The notes beneath the pieces were generated by a model. That model was given only the letters and a program-made list of their open reading frames with translations, made no database searches and had not been told where the DNA came from. The position numbers and the translations under genes are program-made. From an uncultured Thermoplasmatales archaeon (GTDB lineage Archaea > Thermoplasmatota > E2 > DHVEG-1), in contig CAZOPW010000003.1 of the NCBI GenBank assembly GCA_964581795.1, positions 1-61,091 on the forward strand: DNA of 61,091 nt. The letters run 5' to 3'. Positions within the stretch are counted from its first letter, which is position 1, and each line of letters begins with the position of its first letter. Shown here in pieces: positions 7,874 through 18,246 of the stretch.

Positions 7874-10615
7874 TTATTCCTTTTTAAGTTCATCAATAGT
7901 CATTTGTTTTGCTTTCGCTAAAGCTCCATCAATGTTTTCTTTTTTTGGCCCACCACTCTGAGTCATTTTTGGACGACCACCACCACTTCCACCAATAAGC
8001 TTTCCAACCGTAGGAGCTATCTTTTCTCCTAAATCAATGTCTACATCTTCAGATGCAGCAGAAGTAATTTTCTTTCCATCGTAAATATGAACGACAATAG
8101 AATCTTGTTGGATAAGTGCTCCCGCAGTAGCATTCGCTTCGGTTTCTGTTTTTGCAGTCAGCACTTTTGTATTAGTTCCAGGAATGAGTTCCGCTTGATT
8201 TAGTAAATGTGAAATTTTTTCCTCAGAAATGGATTTTTTCTTTTTCTTTGTTTTTTTCCAAATAGCGAATAAATCCTCACCTGCTTTTGAAAGAGTCAAT
8301 ACTTTTTTATTTGTTGGTAAAGAATCTTTTGCTTCATTAAGAAATCTTTTCAAGGTTTTTGGAAGTTGATCAACAGGTACGGAGAACTGGCTTGATACGT
8401 TTTCAAGTTGTTCAGAAATATGATCATGTTGTTGAATTTGATAGGCATGGTCTAATATAGATACAATGGTTTCATACATGTTTTGTTCTTCTTTTTGATA
8501 TTCATCAACCATGGAGCCAGCCGCAAAAACCAATCGATTTACTCCATCTTGGATTCGTTCTGATTTCAAAATCCGTAATTTTTCGATTTCTTCAATATTA
8601 TTCAAATGTGTTCCACCACAAGCTTCGACATCTACATTGGGAATATGAAGAACACGAATGCTATTGCCTGGAGGAACACCTCCTTGATATAATCTAAATC
8701 CATATTTTTTTTCAGCTGTGTTTCTATCATATACCTGTTTTTCAACAGGGATTTTTTCTCTGATAAACTCATTTGCTTTTTTCTCAATTTCTTGAATTTC
8801 CTTTTCAGATAAACTCTTGTAATGAGTGTAATCAAAGCGAGCGTTTTTCACAGCAAGTTGTGAACCTGCTTGCCAGACGTGATCACCAAGAACATGTTGT
8901 AATGCACCATTGACAACATGAGTACCTGTATGATGCTTCATAAGTTGATACCTTCTGTTCCAATCGATGCAACCATGGATGGTATCTCCAACTGACACTT
9001 CTCCATCAATATGATGAAGAATCGCATTATTTTCTTTTGTTGCAGCAGTCACCGATAAGTTATTTCCTGCAGAGGTTGTAATAGCTCCCTTGTCACCCGG
9101 TTGACCTCCTCCTTCAGGATAAAACGTTGTTTGATCAAATATTGCAATTGTCCCATTCGTTTTCTTCTCTGTCCATACAACTGTTGCATCGAATTCTTTA
9201 ATGTAGTGATCGGAATAATAAAGCGGTGTCGTTGATGGTAAGTTTCTTTGTTCCTGTTGCTTATGCGTTTGTTTTTCTTCTTTTGAATGAAGATTAGCTA
9301 CCATTGATTCAAAATTCTTAGGAATAGTAACCTTTACATTTTGTTTCTCAGCAATAGACTGAACGATTTTCGGTGGCATACCATGAGTATCATATAATGT
9401 AATCAATGTATCATCATCGATTTTCTTTTTTTCCATTAGAAGACGACGGACCATGTTCTTCCCCTTCTCTAAGGTTTCATGGTATCGTTTTGTTTCTGTT
9501 TGAATCATATCTCGAATTTGTTTTCGTTGGGATGCAAGGGAAGGAAAATCATCTTGTAATAGGTTAATATGCAATTCTATGATATTTTCTAATGGTTCTG
9601 AAAGATCTAGGTGTTCAATGAATCGTAAACATCTTCTAATTAACAACCGAGCAAGATAACCTGCTTTCACATTAGATGGAACAATACCATCACCTAACAT
9701 AAACGCTAAGCTTTTTGTATGATCTGCTAAAGACATAATCAAACGCTTTTCATTTCCATGTTCAGTATGTTTTTTGATCCATTGGATGACTGAAGGAAAC
9801 ACGGTTTCATACACAGTTTCTGTCCCTTGAGTTAACCATGCGATTCGTTCTAATCCATATCCTGTGTCAACGATATTTAGTGGATTCTGAGTATAGGTTT
9901 CGTTTCCAATTGTGTATTCACCATGTTCAGCTTCTTTCATATTCATAAAAACAAGGGTAGCAATTTCAAGACCTCCAGCAAGGACTTCTAAACATGGCCC
10001 AGCGTTGCCTCCACCATGCCAGAGTTGTTCTTTATAGGTGATTTCCTCCCGAGGAATTCCAATTGTATTAACAAAAAAGTCATCGCAATAAAAAACAGTT
10101 TTTTCTTTCCAATAAATTTCATCAATGTTTTTATTGAATGCGTGATGCCCCATCATTTCAAACATGGTGAGATGTCGACCGCTTTTGCCGACTTCATCTA
10201 AATCATTAAGTCTGATGCATGGTTGTGAAATTGCTAATGGATTTGCTGGTGGTGGGACTTCTCCCGAAGTGACGTGAGGTTGAAAATCAGCAATTGATGC
10301 TATAGTAAGATAAATATCTGATCTCCATCGTGCGACAACAGGGTATCGTTCTCCTGTTTTTGGATAATGAAGTCGAGTATGATCATGCTGTTCAAAATAT
10401 GAAAGAAAGGCTTCTCTAACCTCATGCAAAGTTAACTTTTTTGAACCGATTGGATTTCCAATAAAGTGAAATGGGACACAAGGTTGATCACCACATTTTT
10501 CCGCATTGGGATTTAGTGTCCAAAAGAAGGCACCACACTGAGAGCATTGTTTCCTAATATACCCATGGTCATGAAAATATTGTAAATCTAATTGTTCTTT
10601 GAGGAATTCATTCAT
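7874..10615 (-). CDS. alaS: alanyl-tRNA synthetase
   Basis: 913 aa. It has the archaeal AlaRS N-terminal catalytic domain, the editing-domain metal motif HHTGTH...CGGTH and a C-terminal DHHA1-like region. Confidence 0.95.
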   Translation of the reverse strand: MNEFLKEQLDLQYFHDHGYIRKQCSQCGAFFWTLNPNAEKCGDQPCVPFHFIGNPIGSKKLTLHEVREAFLSYFEQHDHTRLHYPKTGERYPVVARWRSDIYLTIASIADFQPHVTSGEVPPPANPLAISQPCIRLNDLDEVGKSGRHLTMFEMMGHHAFNKNIDEIYWKEKTVFYCDDFFVNTIGIPREEITYKEQLWHGGGNAGPCLEVLAGGLEIATLVFMNMKEAEHGEYTIGNETYTQNPLNIVDTGYGLERIAWLTQGTETVYETVFPSVIQWIKKHTEHGNEKRLIMSLADHTKSLAFMLGDGIVPSNVKAGYLARLLIRRCLRFIEHLDLSEPLENIIELHINLLQDDFPSLASQRKQIRDMIQTETKRYHETLEKGKNMVRRLLMEKKKIDDDTLITLYDTHGMPPKIVQSIAEKQNVKVTIPKNFESMVANLHSKEEKQTHKQQEQRNLPSTTPLYYSDHYIKEFDATVVWTEKKTNGTIAIFDQTTFYPEGGGQPGDKGAITTSAGNNLSVTAATKENNAILHHIDGEVSVGDTIHGCIDWNRRYQLMKHHTGTHVVNGALQHVLGDHVWQAGSQLAVKNARFDYTHYKSLSEKEIQEIEKKANEFIREKIPVEKQVYDRNTAEKKYGFRLYQGGVPPGNSIRVLHIPNVDVEACGGTHLNNIEEIEKLRILKSERIQDGVNRLVFAAGSMVDEYQKEEQNMYETIVSILDHAYQIQQHDHISEQLENVSSQFSVPVDQLPKTLKRFLNEAKDSLPTNKKVLTLSKAGEDLFAIWKKTKKKKKSISEEKISHLLNQAELIPGTNTKVLTAKTETEANATAGALIQQDSIVVHIYDGKKITSAASEDVDIDLGEKIAPTVGKLIGGSGGGRPKMTQSGGPKKENIDGALAKAKQMTIDELKKE

Positions 10616-10772
10616 TTGCTTTCACCGTCTACGAAGTAAGTTTTAAAGTCGGATAAACCAGGGTAATTATTGTTCCCTCTTTAATAGTTGTCCCCTTCAA
10701 GAGGTTTGAATTAAGTTAAGCAAAAATACTGGGAGTTATGATGAAAAAATTGGGTGTTAAATATTGAAGTAT

Positions 10773-11144
10773 TTATTCTAAATCAATATTTATTTTTTCT
10801 TCACGAGCAAGCCATCCGACTGCTTTATATACCTCTTGGGTAGGTAATGAAGATTCCTTGATGATATGATGAACACTTGATTTACCTGATTGATGTAGCA
10901 GATGCCAGAGTACACCTGCGTTTGTGCCAATACTTGTGGTTAAATTCGTTGGAGAAAGAGAATATTTTCCCTCATCACATGAGATTTTATCTTCTCGTGC
11001 TAACCATCCAATTGCGATTTCAGTTTCATACATTCTAAGATTGGTCTTTTTCGCAATTTCATCAATTGGTAAAGGTCCTTCATCGGCAAGTAAATCCCAC
11101 ACTCTGCCTGCGTTTCTCCCAAATTGATTAATTGTGTTAATCAT
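10773..11144 (-). CDS. tandem winged-helix protein (DUF2582-like)
   Basis: Two internal repeats end in GWLAREDKI and GWLAREEKI. Each is preceded by a VW(D/H)LL helix. Confidence 0.6.
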   Translation of the reverse strand: MINTINQFGRNAGRVWDLLADEGPLPIDEIAKKTNLRMYETEIAIGWLAREDKISCDEGKYSLSPTNLTTSIGTNAGVLWHLLHQSGKSSVHHIIKESSLPTQEVYKAVGWLAREEKINIDLE

Positions 11145-11407
11145 ATTTTTTTATTCACCACCATTCATGACTATGTAAACAGTGTTTTCTATTTAAAAAT
11201 ATTTTTATTGTTTACGTGATATAAATTATTTCTTTCTCGATGTGAATGAACAGAAATACCAAAGATATATATAGGTAAAGGATTATAATATTGGCTTAAC
11301 TTCCATATCACAACATTTATAAGTGGTTAAATGGTAAATCACTCGAAATACTTAAGAAAGAAATCTTATTTTACCCTAAAGTTAAAACACATAATTAGAG
11401 GTTTGTC

Positions 11408-12277
11408 ATGGCCGAAACGATTGAACAATTGAAATCAAAAAGAGATGATTTGCAAAAAATTGCTAATGAACTCAAAGAAAAACGAGATAATTTACACAAA
11501 AAATCCAAACAATTAGCTGAAGAACGAGATAATTACAATGCTACCATTCGTTCACTTCGAAATCAAATAAATGAACATAAGAAAAAAAGAGATGATCTCA
11601 ACGATCGTGTTCAACATGCGAAAGATCAGCGGAATATACTTAATGAAAAAAGCAAGGATATGAAAAAAGAAATCCGTTCATTGGAAAGAAAACGAACTTC
11701 TGGGAGCGGAGAAAATCTTGCGAAACTTCGGAAACAATTACATGTATTAGAAACAGAACAGATGACACAAGCAATGTCGCCTCAAAAAGAAAAGAAACTT
11801 ATTGAAACCATCTCAGAGATTCATACAAAAATAAAAAAACAGGAAGACGAACTCAGTAAAGATCCTAAGTTAAAGAAAGCATTTGAAGAAAAGGAAATAT
11901 TCAAACAAAAAGCAGAAAAACAGCATGAGACAGTAGAAGAATTAGCCTCAAGAGCACAAAAAGAACATGAAGAAATGATTAAACTCATTAATAAACTTGA
12001 AAATCACATAAAAAAGGTTAATCAGATTCAGGAATTAATCGTGAACACCAAGATTCAAGCTGACGATGTCCATAAAAACTTTATCGCTCATGTTGATAGA
12101 ATTCATGAAATCGAACGTGAACTTGTATCAATTAAAGAAACATCATATCGAAATAAAAAGAAAGCAGAGAAAACCTCGATGCATAAAGAAGCAAGTGATA
12201 TTTTCGAACGATTTAAGAAAGGGGAAAAACTCAGTACTGAAGATTTGATGACTCTTCAAAAAGCTGGCTTAATATAA
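11408..12277 (+). CDS. archaeal coiled-coil protein (COG1340-like), K/E rich
   Basis: 289 aa of near-continuous heptad-like charged sequence. No enzymatic motifs recognised. Confidence 0.55.
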   Translation: MAETIEQLKSKRDDLQKIANELKEKRDNLHKKSKQLAEERDNYNATIRSLRNQINEHKKKRDDLNDRVQHAKDQRNILNEKSKDMKKEIRSLERKRTSGSGENLAKLRKQLHVLETEQMTQAMSPQKEKKLIETISEIHTKIKKQEDELSKDPKLKKAFEEKEIFKQKAEKQHETVEELASRAQKEHEEMIKLINKLENHIKKVNQIQELIVNTKIQADDVHKNFIAHVDRIHEIERELVSIKETSYRNKKKAEKTSMHKEASDIFERFKKGEKLSTEDLMTLQKAGLI

Positions 12278-12402
12278 TAAGATAAAGTGGTTAAAAGAAA
12301 CAATATAAATTATGAACAGCACCTTGCTATATTATAAATTCAATTCTTGTGGTGTGATAAAATAATTAAATCAAAATTTTGATGTGTGGAGTGGGAGATT
12401 AG

Positions 12403-12882
12403 ATGCAATGTGAATTATGTGGAACGGATTGTGGTGGACATTGTAAACCTGCAATGGTTGATGGTGTTAAAATGATGCTTTGTCCAAGTTGCATGAAACA
12501 TGGAAAAGGCGTTAAGGAAGTCCGTGGAACACCTGAACATGTCCATCGATCTTTACTTAGAAGACAAAGACGTCATCGAGAAAAAGATGTATATCAAAAA
12601 ATGGATAGAGAAATCATTTCTGATTGGGGACAAGTCATTAAAAAAGCTCGGCAGAAAAAAGGATTAACTCGTGAAAAACTAGGGTTCAACATTGGTGAAC
12701 GTACAGTAACTGTTTCAAAAATTGAAAATGGTGAATTACGACCATCCGATGATGTTGCAAAAAAACTTGAAAAGGAATTATCAATTGAACTTTTTGAGGA
12801 AGTTAAAGAAGTCCACACTCCGGTTTCTCAAAATGCAGATAAAGGTCTTACCCTCGGTGACTTCATCAAAAAAGAAGATTAA
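12403..12882 (+). CDS. mbf1: multiprotein bridging factor 1 (zinc ribbon + Cro/C1 HTH)
   Basis: N-terminal CELCG...CPSC zinc ribbon. C-terminal HTH_3 segment LTREKLGFNIGERTVTVSKIENGELRP. Confidence 0.85.
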   Translation: MQCELCGTDCGGHCKPAMVDGVKMMLCPSCMKHGKGVKEVRGTPEHVHRSLLRRQRRHREKDVYQKMDREIISDWGQVIKKARQKKGLTREKLGFNIGERTVTVSKIENGELRPSDDVAKKLEKELSIELFEEVKEVHTPVSQNADKGLTLGDFIKKED

Positions 12883-12887
12883 CGCTC

Positions 12888-13487
12888 ATGAATGAAATTG
12901 ATATTATTCATGCTGTTGAAGCGATTAAGAATCAAAAATTAATCGTGTACCCAACAGACACGTTGTATGGATTAGGTTCAACAATTAATAGTGAAAATGC
13001 AATCCAGTCTATTTTTACTGTTAAACATCGTCCTTTTTCAATGCCTTTGCCAGTAGCAGTATCAGATAGAAAAATGCTTTCAAATTGTGTTGAATTAACC
13101 CCATTAGCACGTCATCTCGCTGAAGCCTTTTTTCCCGGTAAAATTACGCTTGTTTGTCAGAAAAAAAAGAATATTTCAGATCTTATTACATCAAATAAAA
13201 ACACTGTTGCAATTCGTATCCCCGATGATGAAATCGCATTACAATTGATTAGTAAAACAGGTCCGTTAATTGCGACAAGTGCAAACATACATGGTAAGCC
13301 AACACCGGCATTTGTTTCTGAAATTCGCAAGTTGTTTAAACCTTCAGTTGTTGAGGTCTTTGTTGATGATGGACCTCGACAAGGTCAGCCATCTACGATT
13401 ATTGATGTTACAGGCTCTCACCCGGTTATTCTAAGAGAAGGGAGTATTCCTGCATATATTATTCAAAAGATGAGTGAGACTTTATGA
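12888..13487 (+). CDS. tsaC: L-threonylcarbamoyladenylate synthase (YrdC/TsaC domain only)
   Basis: YPTDTLYGLG, AIRIPD and ATSANIHGKP motifs typical of the YrdC/Sua5 family. Confidence 0.85.
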   Translation: MNEIDIIHAVEAIKNQKLIVYPTDTLYGLGSTINSENAIQSIFTVKHRPFSMPLPVAVSDRKMLSNCVELTPLARHLAEAFFPGKITLVCQKKKNISDLITSNKNTVAIRIPDDEIALQLISKTGPLIATSANIHGKPTPAFVSEIRKLFKPSVVEVFVDDGPRQGQPSTIIDVTGSHPVILREGSIPAYIIQKMSETL

Positions 13488-14401
13488 ACGATGATGTGTT
13501 TGAAAAGTATATGAAAGCTGGAGAAATTGCAGCAACTGCTCGAGACAAAGGTGCATCTCATATTAAAGCAGGAGTGACCTATAAAGAAATTGTTAATGAG
13601 ATTGAACATTTAATAATGGATAACGGAGCAGGAATTGCGTTTCCAACAAATATTGCCGTTAATCATATCGCAGCACATTTCACACCTCCTCTTGATGATG
13701 ACCATGTATTTCGTGCAGGAGACCTTGTAAAAGTCGATGTTGGTGCTCATATAGATGGCTATATTGCAGATACTGCACTAACTATTGAAATCGAAACTGA
13801 TGAGCAAACGGATTTACGTCAGGCTTCAGCGGATGCGTTGGATCAAGCTATTAGCTTGATGAAACCAGGTGTAAAACTTTCTGAGATTGGTAAAAAAGTA
13901 GAACAAACGATTCAAGGTTATGGATTTAAACCAATTGATAATCTCACGGGTCATAGTTTAAATCGATATAATCTTCATTCTGGGATGTCAATACCAAGTG
14001 TTTCTTCTATGTCATTTCATCGAAAACCCCGAAAAGATGATGTGATTGCTGTTGAACCTTTTGCTACGACTGGTTCAGGTCATGTTGTTTCAGGAAAAGG
14101 AAGTCATATTTATTTATTGAAAAGCGGGAAGAACTTTCGCAGACTTCGTGATCGTCGCAGCCGAGTGATGATGAAAAAATTACAGCATCATTTTCGCTCG
14201 CTTCCGTTTGCTTCAAGATGGTGTGAGGGCATAGTACCAAATGTACCGGTGTCATTAAATTGGTTAGAACAAAAAGGAATGATCCATCATTTTCCACAAT
14301 TACTTGAACAAAATACAGGATTGGTATCTCAAAAAGAACATACTATGATCATCACCGAGGATGGATGCCAGGTGACTACGTATGGAAAAAAAGCAGATTA
14401 A
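13484..14401 (+). CDS. map: methionine aminopeptidase, type 2
   Basis: Pita-bread fold metal ligands are in context (VDVGAHIDGYIAD, LTGHSL, EPF). It has the archaeal-type insertion. 4-nt overlap with tsaC. Confidence 0.9.
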   Translation: MNDDVFEKYMKAGEIAATARDKGASHIKAGVTYKEIVNEIEHLIMDNGAGIAFPTNIAVNHIAAHFTPPLDDDHVFRAGDLVKVDVGAHIDGYIADTALTIEIETDEQTDLRQASADALDQAISLMKPGVKLSEIGKKVEQTIQGYGFKPIDNLTGHSLNRYNLHSGMSIPSVSSMSFHRKPRKDDVIAVEPFATTGSGHVVSGKGSHIYLLKSGKNFRRLRDRRSRVMMKKLQHHFRSLPFASRWCEGIVPNVPVSLNWLEQKGMIHHFPQLLEQNTGLVSQKEHTMIITEDGCQVTTYGKKAD

Positions 14402-15272
14402 TAAAAATGAATCACTGGAGGATTCAAAAGAAAAAAAGGATTCATTTATACGTTTTGATCAACTATCTTGGACACAAATTAATCAGTTATCTCGTCGCCA
14501 TACATTGTTTTTTCTACCAATCAGCCCTTTAGAAGAACATGGCCCTCATTTACCTGTTGGAACTGATTTGTTAACCGCCCAGGATACAGCAGTTGCTGCT
14601 ATGAAACAGATTAAGAAAAATCATCCTACATACACCTGTGTTCTTCTACCGGCAATTCCACTTGGTTTTGCAGGGTTCAACATGGATTTTCCAGGTACTG
14701 TATCTGTTTCTTCTAGGGTAGTTAAAAACGTTTTGTTTCGTTATGGGTCAATGTTAGCAAATCATGGTTTTCGCCATCTTATGATTTGTACGTATCATAT
14801 GGCTCTTGGTCATCTTAAAGGAATTTATAATGCCATGAATCTTCTTCGTAGAAAATATGACATGATAATTTGTGAACCATGGAGCCCTCTTTTTTATAGT
14901 GAAATAATCGAAAAAAAGGAACCTCGTATTGATTTTGATACAAGTAAAGAAGTCCATGCGGGGTTTAGAGAAACATCGTTGATGAAGTATACACACCCTT
15001 CACTCGTCAGTGAGGAGTACAAGAAATTACCTTTTGTCTTTAATGAAAAAGTAATGACACCTGCAGTGTTATTTAAATCGTTTAAACAACTCGGTTTTTC
15101 TGATGGATATATTGGTTCTCCTTCTAAAGCAGATGCGTCTTATGGAAAATGGTTTTTTCATTTTACTATAGATAGTTATGTTTCTGCTGCTGAACACATG
15201 ATTCATCACAAACCATTACCTGATTTACCGAAAAAAGTGAAACGAAGAATGAAGTTATTGTTTTGGCTGTAA
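14382..15272 (+). CDS. creatininase-family amidohydrolase
   Basis: LEEHGPHLPVGTD motif and the overall creatininase/ArfB-family pattern. The specific substrate cannot be assigned. Confidence 0.7.
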   Translation: MEKKQINKNESLEDSKEKKDSFIRFDQLSWTQINQLSRRHTLFFLPISPLEEHGPHLPVGTDLLTAQDTAVAAMKQIKKNHPTYTCVLLPAIPLGFAGFNMDFPGTVSVSSRVVKNVLFRYGSMLANHGFRHLMICTYHMALGHLKGIYNAMNLLRRKYDMIICEPWSPLFYSEIIEKKEPRIDFDTSKEVHAGFRETSLMKYTHPSLVSEEYKKLPFVFNEKVMTPAVLFKSFKQLGFSDGYIGSPSKADASYGKWFFHFTIDSYVSAAEHMIHHKPLPDLPKKVKRRMKLLFWL

Positions 15273-16208
15273 TCTTTCGAGTAATGATCCAACCATAAGG
15301 GGCATGATCACTGTTGCATCTCCCTCTATCGTAATGTTATCGGAGTGTTCTTTGATTTTTCCCCAGGAAATCGCTTCTCTTGTTTGTGCCCCACTTAAAC
15401 TTCCATCGTATTCAACTGCAGTTGTGATATACACCGTGTAGTCTAAGCCATCTTTGAATTGATTCCACCAAATCGTGTGATGTTTACTGATACCTCCACC
15501 AATGATAAAAGCACCACTTTTTTCAGCATCAAATACAAGATCAGAAAGGTCTTGTTCATCGTGTAAAAGGTCTACGGTGAAATCACGATGAGTTTGATAA
15601 AACATCCAGAGTTGTGATCCAAATGCACCATCTGTGATACCAGGTACAAAAACAGGTATGTTTTTTTTCCAAGCCCAATATAAAATTGATTCCTTTGCTC
15701 GAGGTTCAGATGAAAGACGTTTGCCAAATTCCATACTTAGTTCTCTTGTTGACCACGTTTTTTTCTGATTGTATAGCTCCTGAAGAATTGGTTGCATTTT
15801 TTCTTCAAGAATACTACCATAACATTCATTTGGAATGAATATATTCCCTAGTCGATTGATCCCTTGCCGGTGTAGTTCATTATCATCCGCGATAAATGTT
15901 CCATGATAATAATCACGCCATACTCGCGCTAAATCATGATCTAGGGTTCCTGCAGTGGTGATAATAACATCTACAAGATCATTTTTAATGAGGTCTTTGA
16001 TAACTCCTCTTGTACCTGTTGAACAGATACAAGCAGGAAAGGAAAGAAAACGAACACATTTTTTCTCTTTATTCATGCGTTCAAGAATGTTAACGCCAAT
16101 CCCAATCTTTTTTGCGGTGAATCCGCCTGATGATTGCAAGGCGGAAACAAAATCATTTAATGATTGAATATCTGACAATGAGATATCCGTGATAGGTGTA
16201 AGATCCAT
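15255..16208 (-). CDS. dys: deoxyhypusine synthase
   Basis: 317 aa with the DHS-family blocks TAGTLDHD, GGGISKHH and WGKI. Confidence 0.9.
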   Translation of the reverse strand: MDLTPITDISLSDIQSLNDFVSALQSSGGFTAKKIGIGVNILERMNKEKKCVRFLSFPACICSTGTRGVIKDLIKNDLVDVIITTAGTLDHDLARVWRDYYHGTFIADDNELHRQGINRLGNIFIPNECYGSILEEKMQPILQELYNQKKTWSTRELSMEFGKRLSSEPRAKESILYWAWKKNIPVFVPGITDGAFGSQLWMFYQTHRDFTVDLLHDEQDLSDLVFDAEKSGAFIIGGGISKHHTIWWNQFKDGLDYTVYITTAVEYDGSLSGAQTREAISWGKIKEHSDNITIEGDATVIMPLMVGSLLERLQPKQ

Positions 16209-16214
16209 GGTTTT

Positions 16215-17126
16215 TCATTTCCCTTTTTGTCTTGTAACAGCAACCGCTGCATATCCAACACAAGTGTTACTGTCTGAGCAGGTGTCATATGATGTTCCAT
16301 ATTTAAGCAATTCTACTGTAGAATCTGGATACTTGTTTGCAATAGTAAGAAGTGAAATGACTGGACCATATCCACACATTGATATACCATGTTCTTGTAT
16401 TGCCTTATATAATGCCTGGGGATTTTTTTTGTTGATAGCATCAATTGCATGGTGATCTTGTTTTCTAGCAAATTGGTCTGCTGTTAATCCTGAAGGTGGG
16501 AATCGACCATATGAATATCCTTCATGTGAAAAATCACTACTTGCAATTATTGTGATATGTTTTGATTCATTTGCCATAATATTTGCTATATGCTCTCCTA
16601 TTTGTTGACTGTTTTTCAAGTCCTGCTGAGCCATGACAATGGGAACAATGGAACAATTTTTTTTTAGATGTTTACTAAGATATTTGATGAATGGTAGTTG
16701 AACTTCAAGACTATTTTCTTGTTGATGAAGTGTAGCTTCATCTGCAGTAATACGATTTGAGCTGACAAGTTGTTGGACGAGATCTTCATCAATAGGAATT
16801 GGACCAAGAGGCGTCTCCCATTCCCCTGATGGATCAACGGCAGCTGCTGGTCCCATACCACTATGATTTGGACCAATGAGAATGCAAGTTTCAGGTAATC
16901 CATGTTCAGCAAGTTTAAAAAAAGAATGGGCTGCAAAAGGACCTGAACACGTAAGACCTGCATGGGGGACAATGACTCCGAGGAGTTGTAGCTCTGTTTC
17001 TTTTTCTTTCGGAATTGATCCTGGACCAAAGTCATGAGTGAAACAATTTTCCAATTGCTCTTCTAATCTGTTTGCATTTTGTTCATAAAACATACCCGCG
17101 ACAGTTGTTTTTCTTTTCTCGTTCAT
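16215..17126 (-). CDS. MEMO1-family protein (AmmeMemoRadiSam system protein B)
   Basis: VPHAGLTCSGP and SSDFSHEG motifs. The start is set at MNEKRK (ATG 17126). The 59 codons upstream in the track ORF look like non-coding read-through. Confidence 0.8.
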   Translation of the reverse strand: MNEKRKTTVAGMFYEQNANRLEEQLENCFTHDFGPGSIPKEKETELQLLGVIVPHAGLTCSGPFAAHSFFKLAEHGLPETCILIGPNHSGMGPAAAVDPSGEWETPLGPIPIDEDLVQQLVSSNRITADEATLHQQENSLEVQLPFIKYLSKHLKKNCSIVPIVMAQQDLKNSQQIGEHIANIMANESKHITIIASSDFSHEGYSYGRFPPSGLTADQFARKQDHHAIDAINKKNPQALYKAIQEHGISMCGYGPVISLLTIANKYPDSTVELLKYGTSYDTCSDSNTCVGYAAVAVTRQKGK

Positions 17127-17240
17127 TCTTCCACAACAATTAATGATATAAACAATGTTTCTTGATAAGGTTTGTCTTTCAAAACATATAAATACAAGTG
17201 ATGAATACGGCAATGAAATACTTAGAGATTGGGAGAGAAC

Positions 17241-17399
17241 ATGGAAACGGTTTGTCATATTGAAATAGTGAAAGATGGCCGTGATTTTGTTGCCCGGGTT
17301 CATCTTTCGGACGGTTCAACAAAAGAATATCGTCATAGTGTATTTGAAGATGCACTTACAGAAATGGTTATCGATTTACAAGAAGAACTCGCAGAGTAA
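17241..17399 (+). CDS. small conserved protein (52 aa), paralog of 28749..28970; possible HicB/UPF0150-like fold
   Basis: Hand-translated as METVCHIEIVKDGRDFVARVHLSDGSTKEYRHSVFEDALTEMVIDLQEELAE. A GGGAGAG lies just upstream of the ATG. It aligns without gaps to the 73-aa ORF at 28749..28970. Confidence 0.6.
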   Translation: METVCHIEIVKDGRDFVARVHLSDGSTKEYRHSVFEDALTEMVIDLQEELAE

Positions 17400-17424
17400 A
17401 ACACTAAATTTATTCTTTTTCTCA

Positions 17425-17607
17425 CTATTGAAGTAAAAACAAAATAACAATTACAGCAATGAGAGCATACATGGCATACACCATGAGCTTACGTCTCTTC
17501 ATCATGTTATTATATTTTTGTTTGCATTCTTCTGAACAAAACGTTTCAGAAACAGGGATTGCTTTGCCACAAATTTGACAATGTGAATGTGGTGGGACGT
17601 CATTCAT
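17425..17607 (-). CDS. DUF2116-family zinc-ribbon protein with C-terminal TM helix
   Basis: CQICGKAIP...FCSEECKQKY motif followed by a hydrophobic tail. Confidence 0.7.
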   Translation of the reverse strand: MNDVPPHSHCQICGKAIPVSETFCSEECKQKYNNMMKRRKLMVYAMYALIAVIVILFLLQ

Positions 17608-17670
17608 TTTTCAATGATTCCTCCTTAACATTTACGGTCCATACCATGTACTATGTTAAAAATATTGTTA

Positions 17671-18246
17671 TTAATCAGCATCAATATCTATTAAAACTTC
17701 ATTTTCAGAAACTTGAATGTGAACAAGAGATTGAATAGGAATTCCTGTCTCTTGAGTTAAGTTCTTCGCAATAGTTCCTTTATCTACCGCAACAAAAACA
17801 GCTTTTACTTTTACCCCCATCAACTTAAGAGTATGTAAAACTGCTTTTAATGTTCCACCAGTACTTAATACATCATCAACAATAACGACGGTGTCATTTT
17901 CTTTTAATCCATTAATGAATAATGTTGCCTTTGAATATCCAGTGCATTGTTTCACTGATTGTTCATCAGGTAAACCATAACAACGTTTCCGAATAATAGT
18001 AAATGGAATGTTCATTTCTAGACTAAGAGCACTTGCAAGAGGTATTCCCATTGCTTCCATAGTTACCAATTTGTCAAATGGAGTAAATGAACTTATTTTT
18101 TCTTTTAACGCCTGTGTAACTTCAGAAAGTAGATCAGGAGTTATCTCAGGTATTCCGTCTGTTATTGGGTGAATGACGTAATTATATTCTCCCTTTTTCA
18201 CGATGGGTGATTGTTTTAATGATGTAATCAGTTTGTCTAGATTCAT
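17671..18246 (-). CDS. hpt: purine phosphoribosyltransferase (archaeal hypoxanthine/guanine PRTase type)
   Basis: PRPP loop VVIVDDVLSTGGT. The length and layout match archaeal Hpt/Apt-like enzymes. Confidence 0.8.
   Translation of the reverse strand: MNLDKLITSLKQSPIVKKGEYNYVIHPITDGIPEITPDLLSEVTQALKEKISSFTPFDKLVTMEAMGIPLASALSLEMNIPFTIIRKRCYGLPDEQSVKQCTGYSKATLFINGLKENDTVVIVDDVLSTGGTLKAVLHTLKLMGVKVKAVFVAVDKGTIAKNLTQETGIPIQSLVHIQVSENEVLIDIDAD

Noticed and set aside
10924-11127. 67-aa plus-strand ORF, and similar 60-100 aa track ORFs nested in alaS, lysS, purH, arcS, mfnA and others
   Set aside because: All are antisense or out of frame within well-supported longer genes. None shows a recognisable motif.
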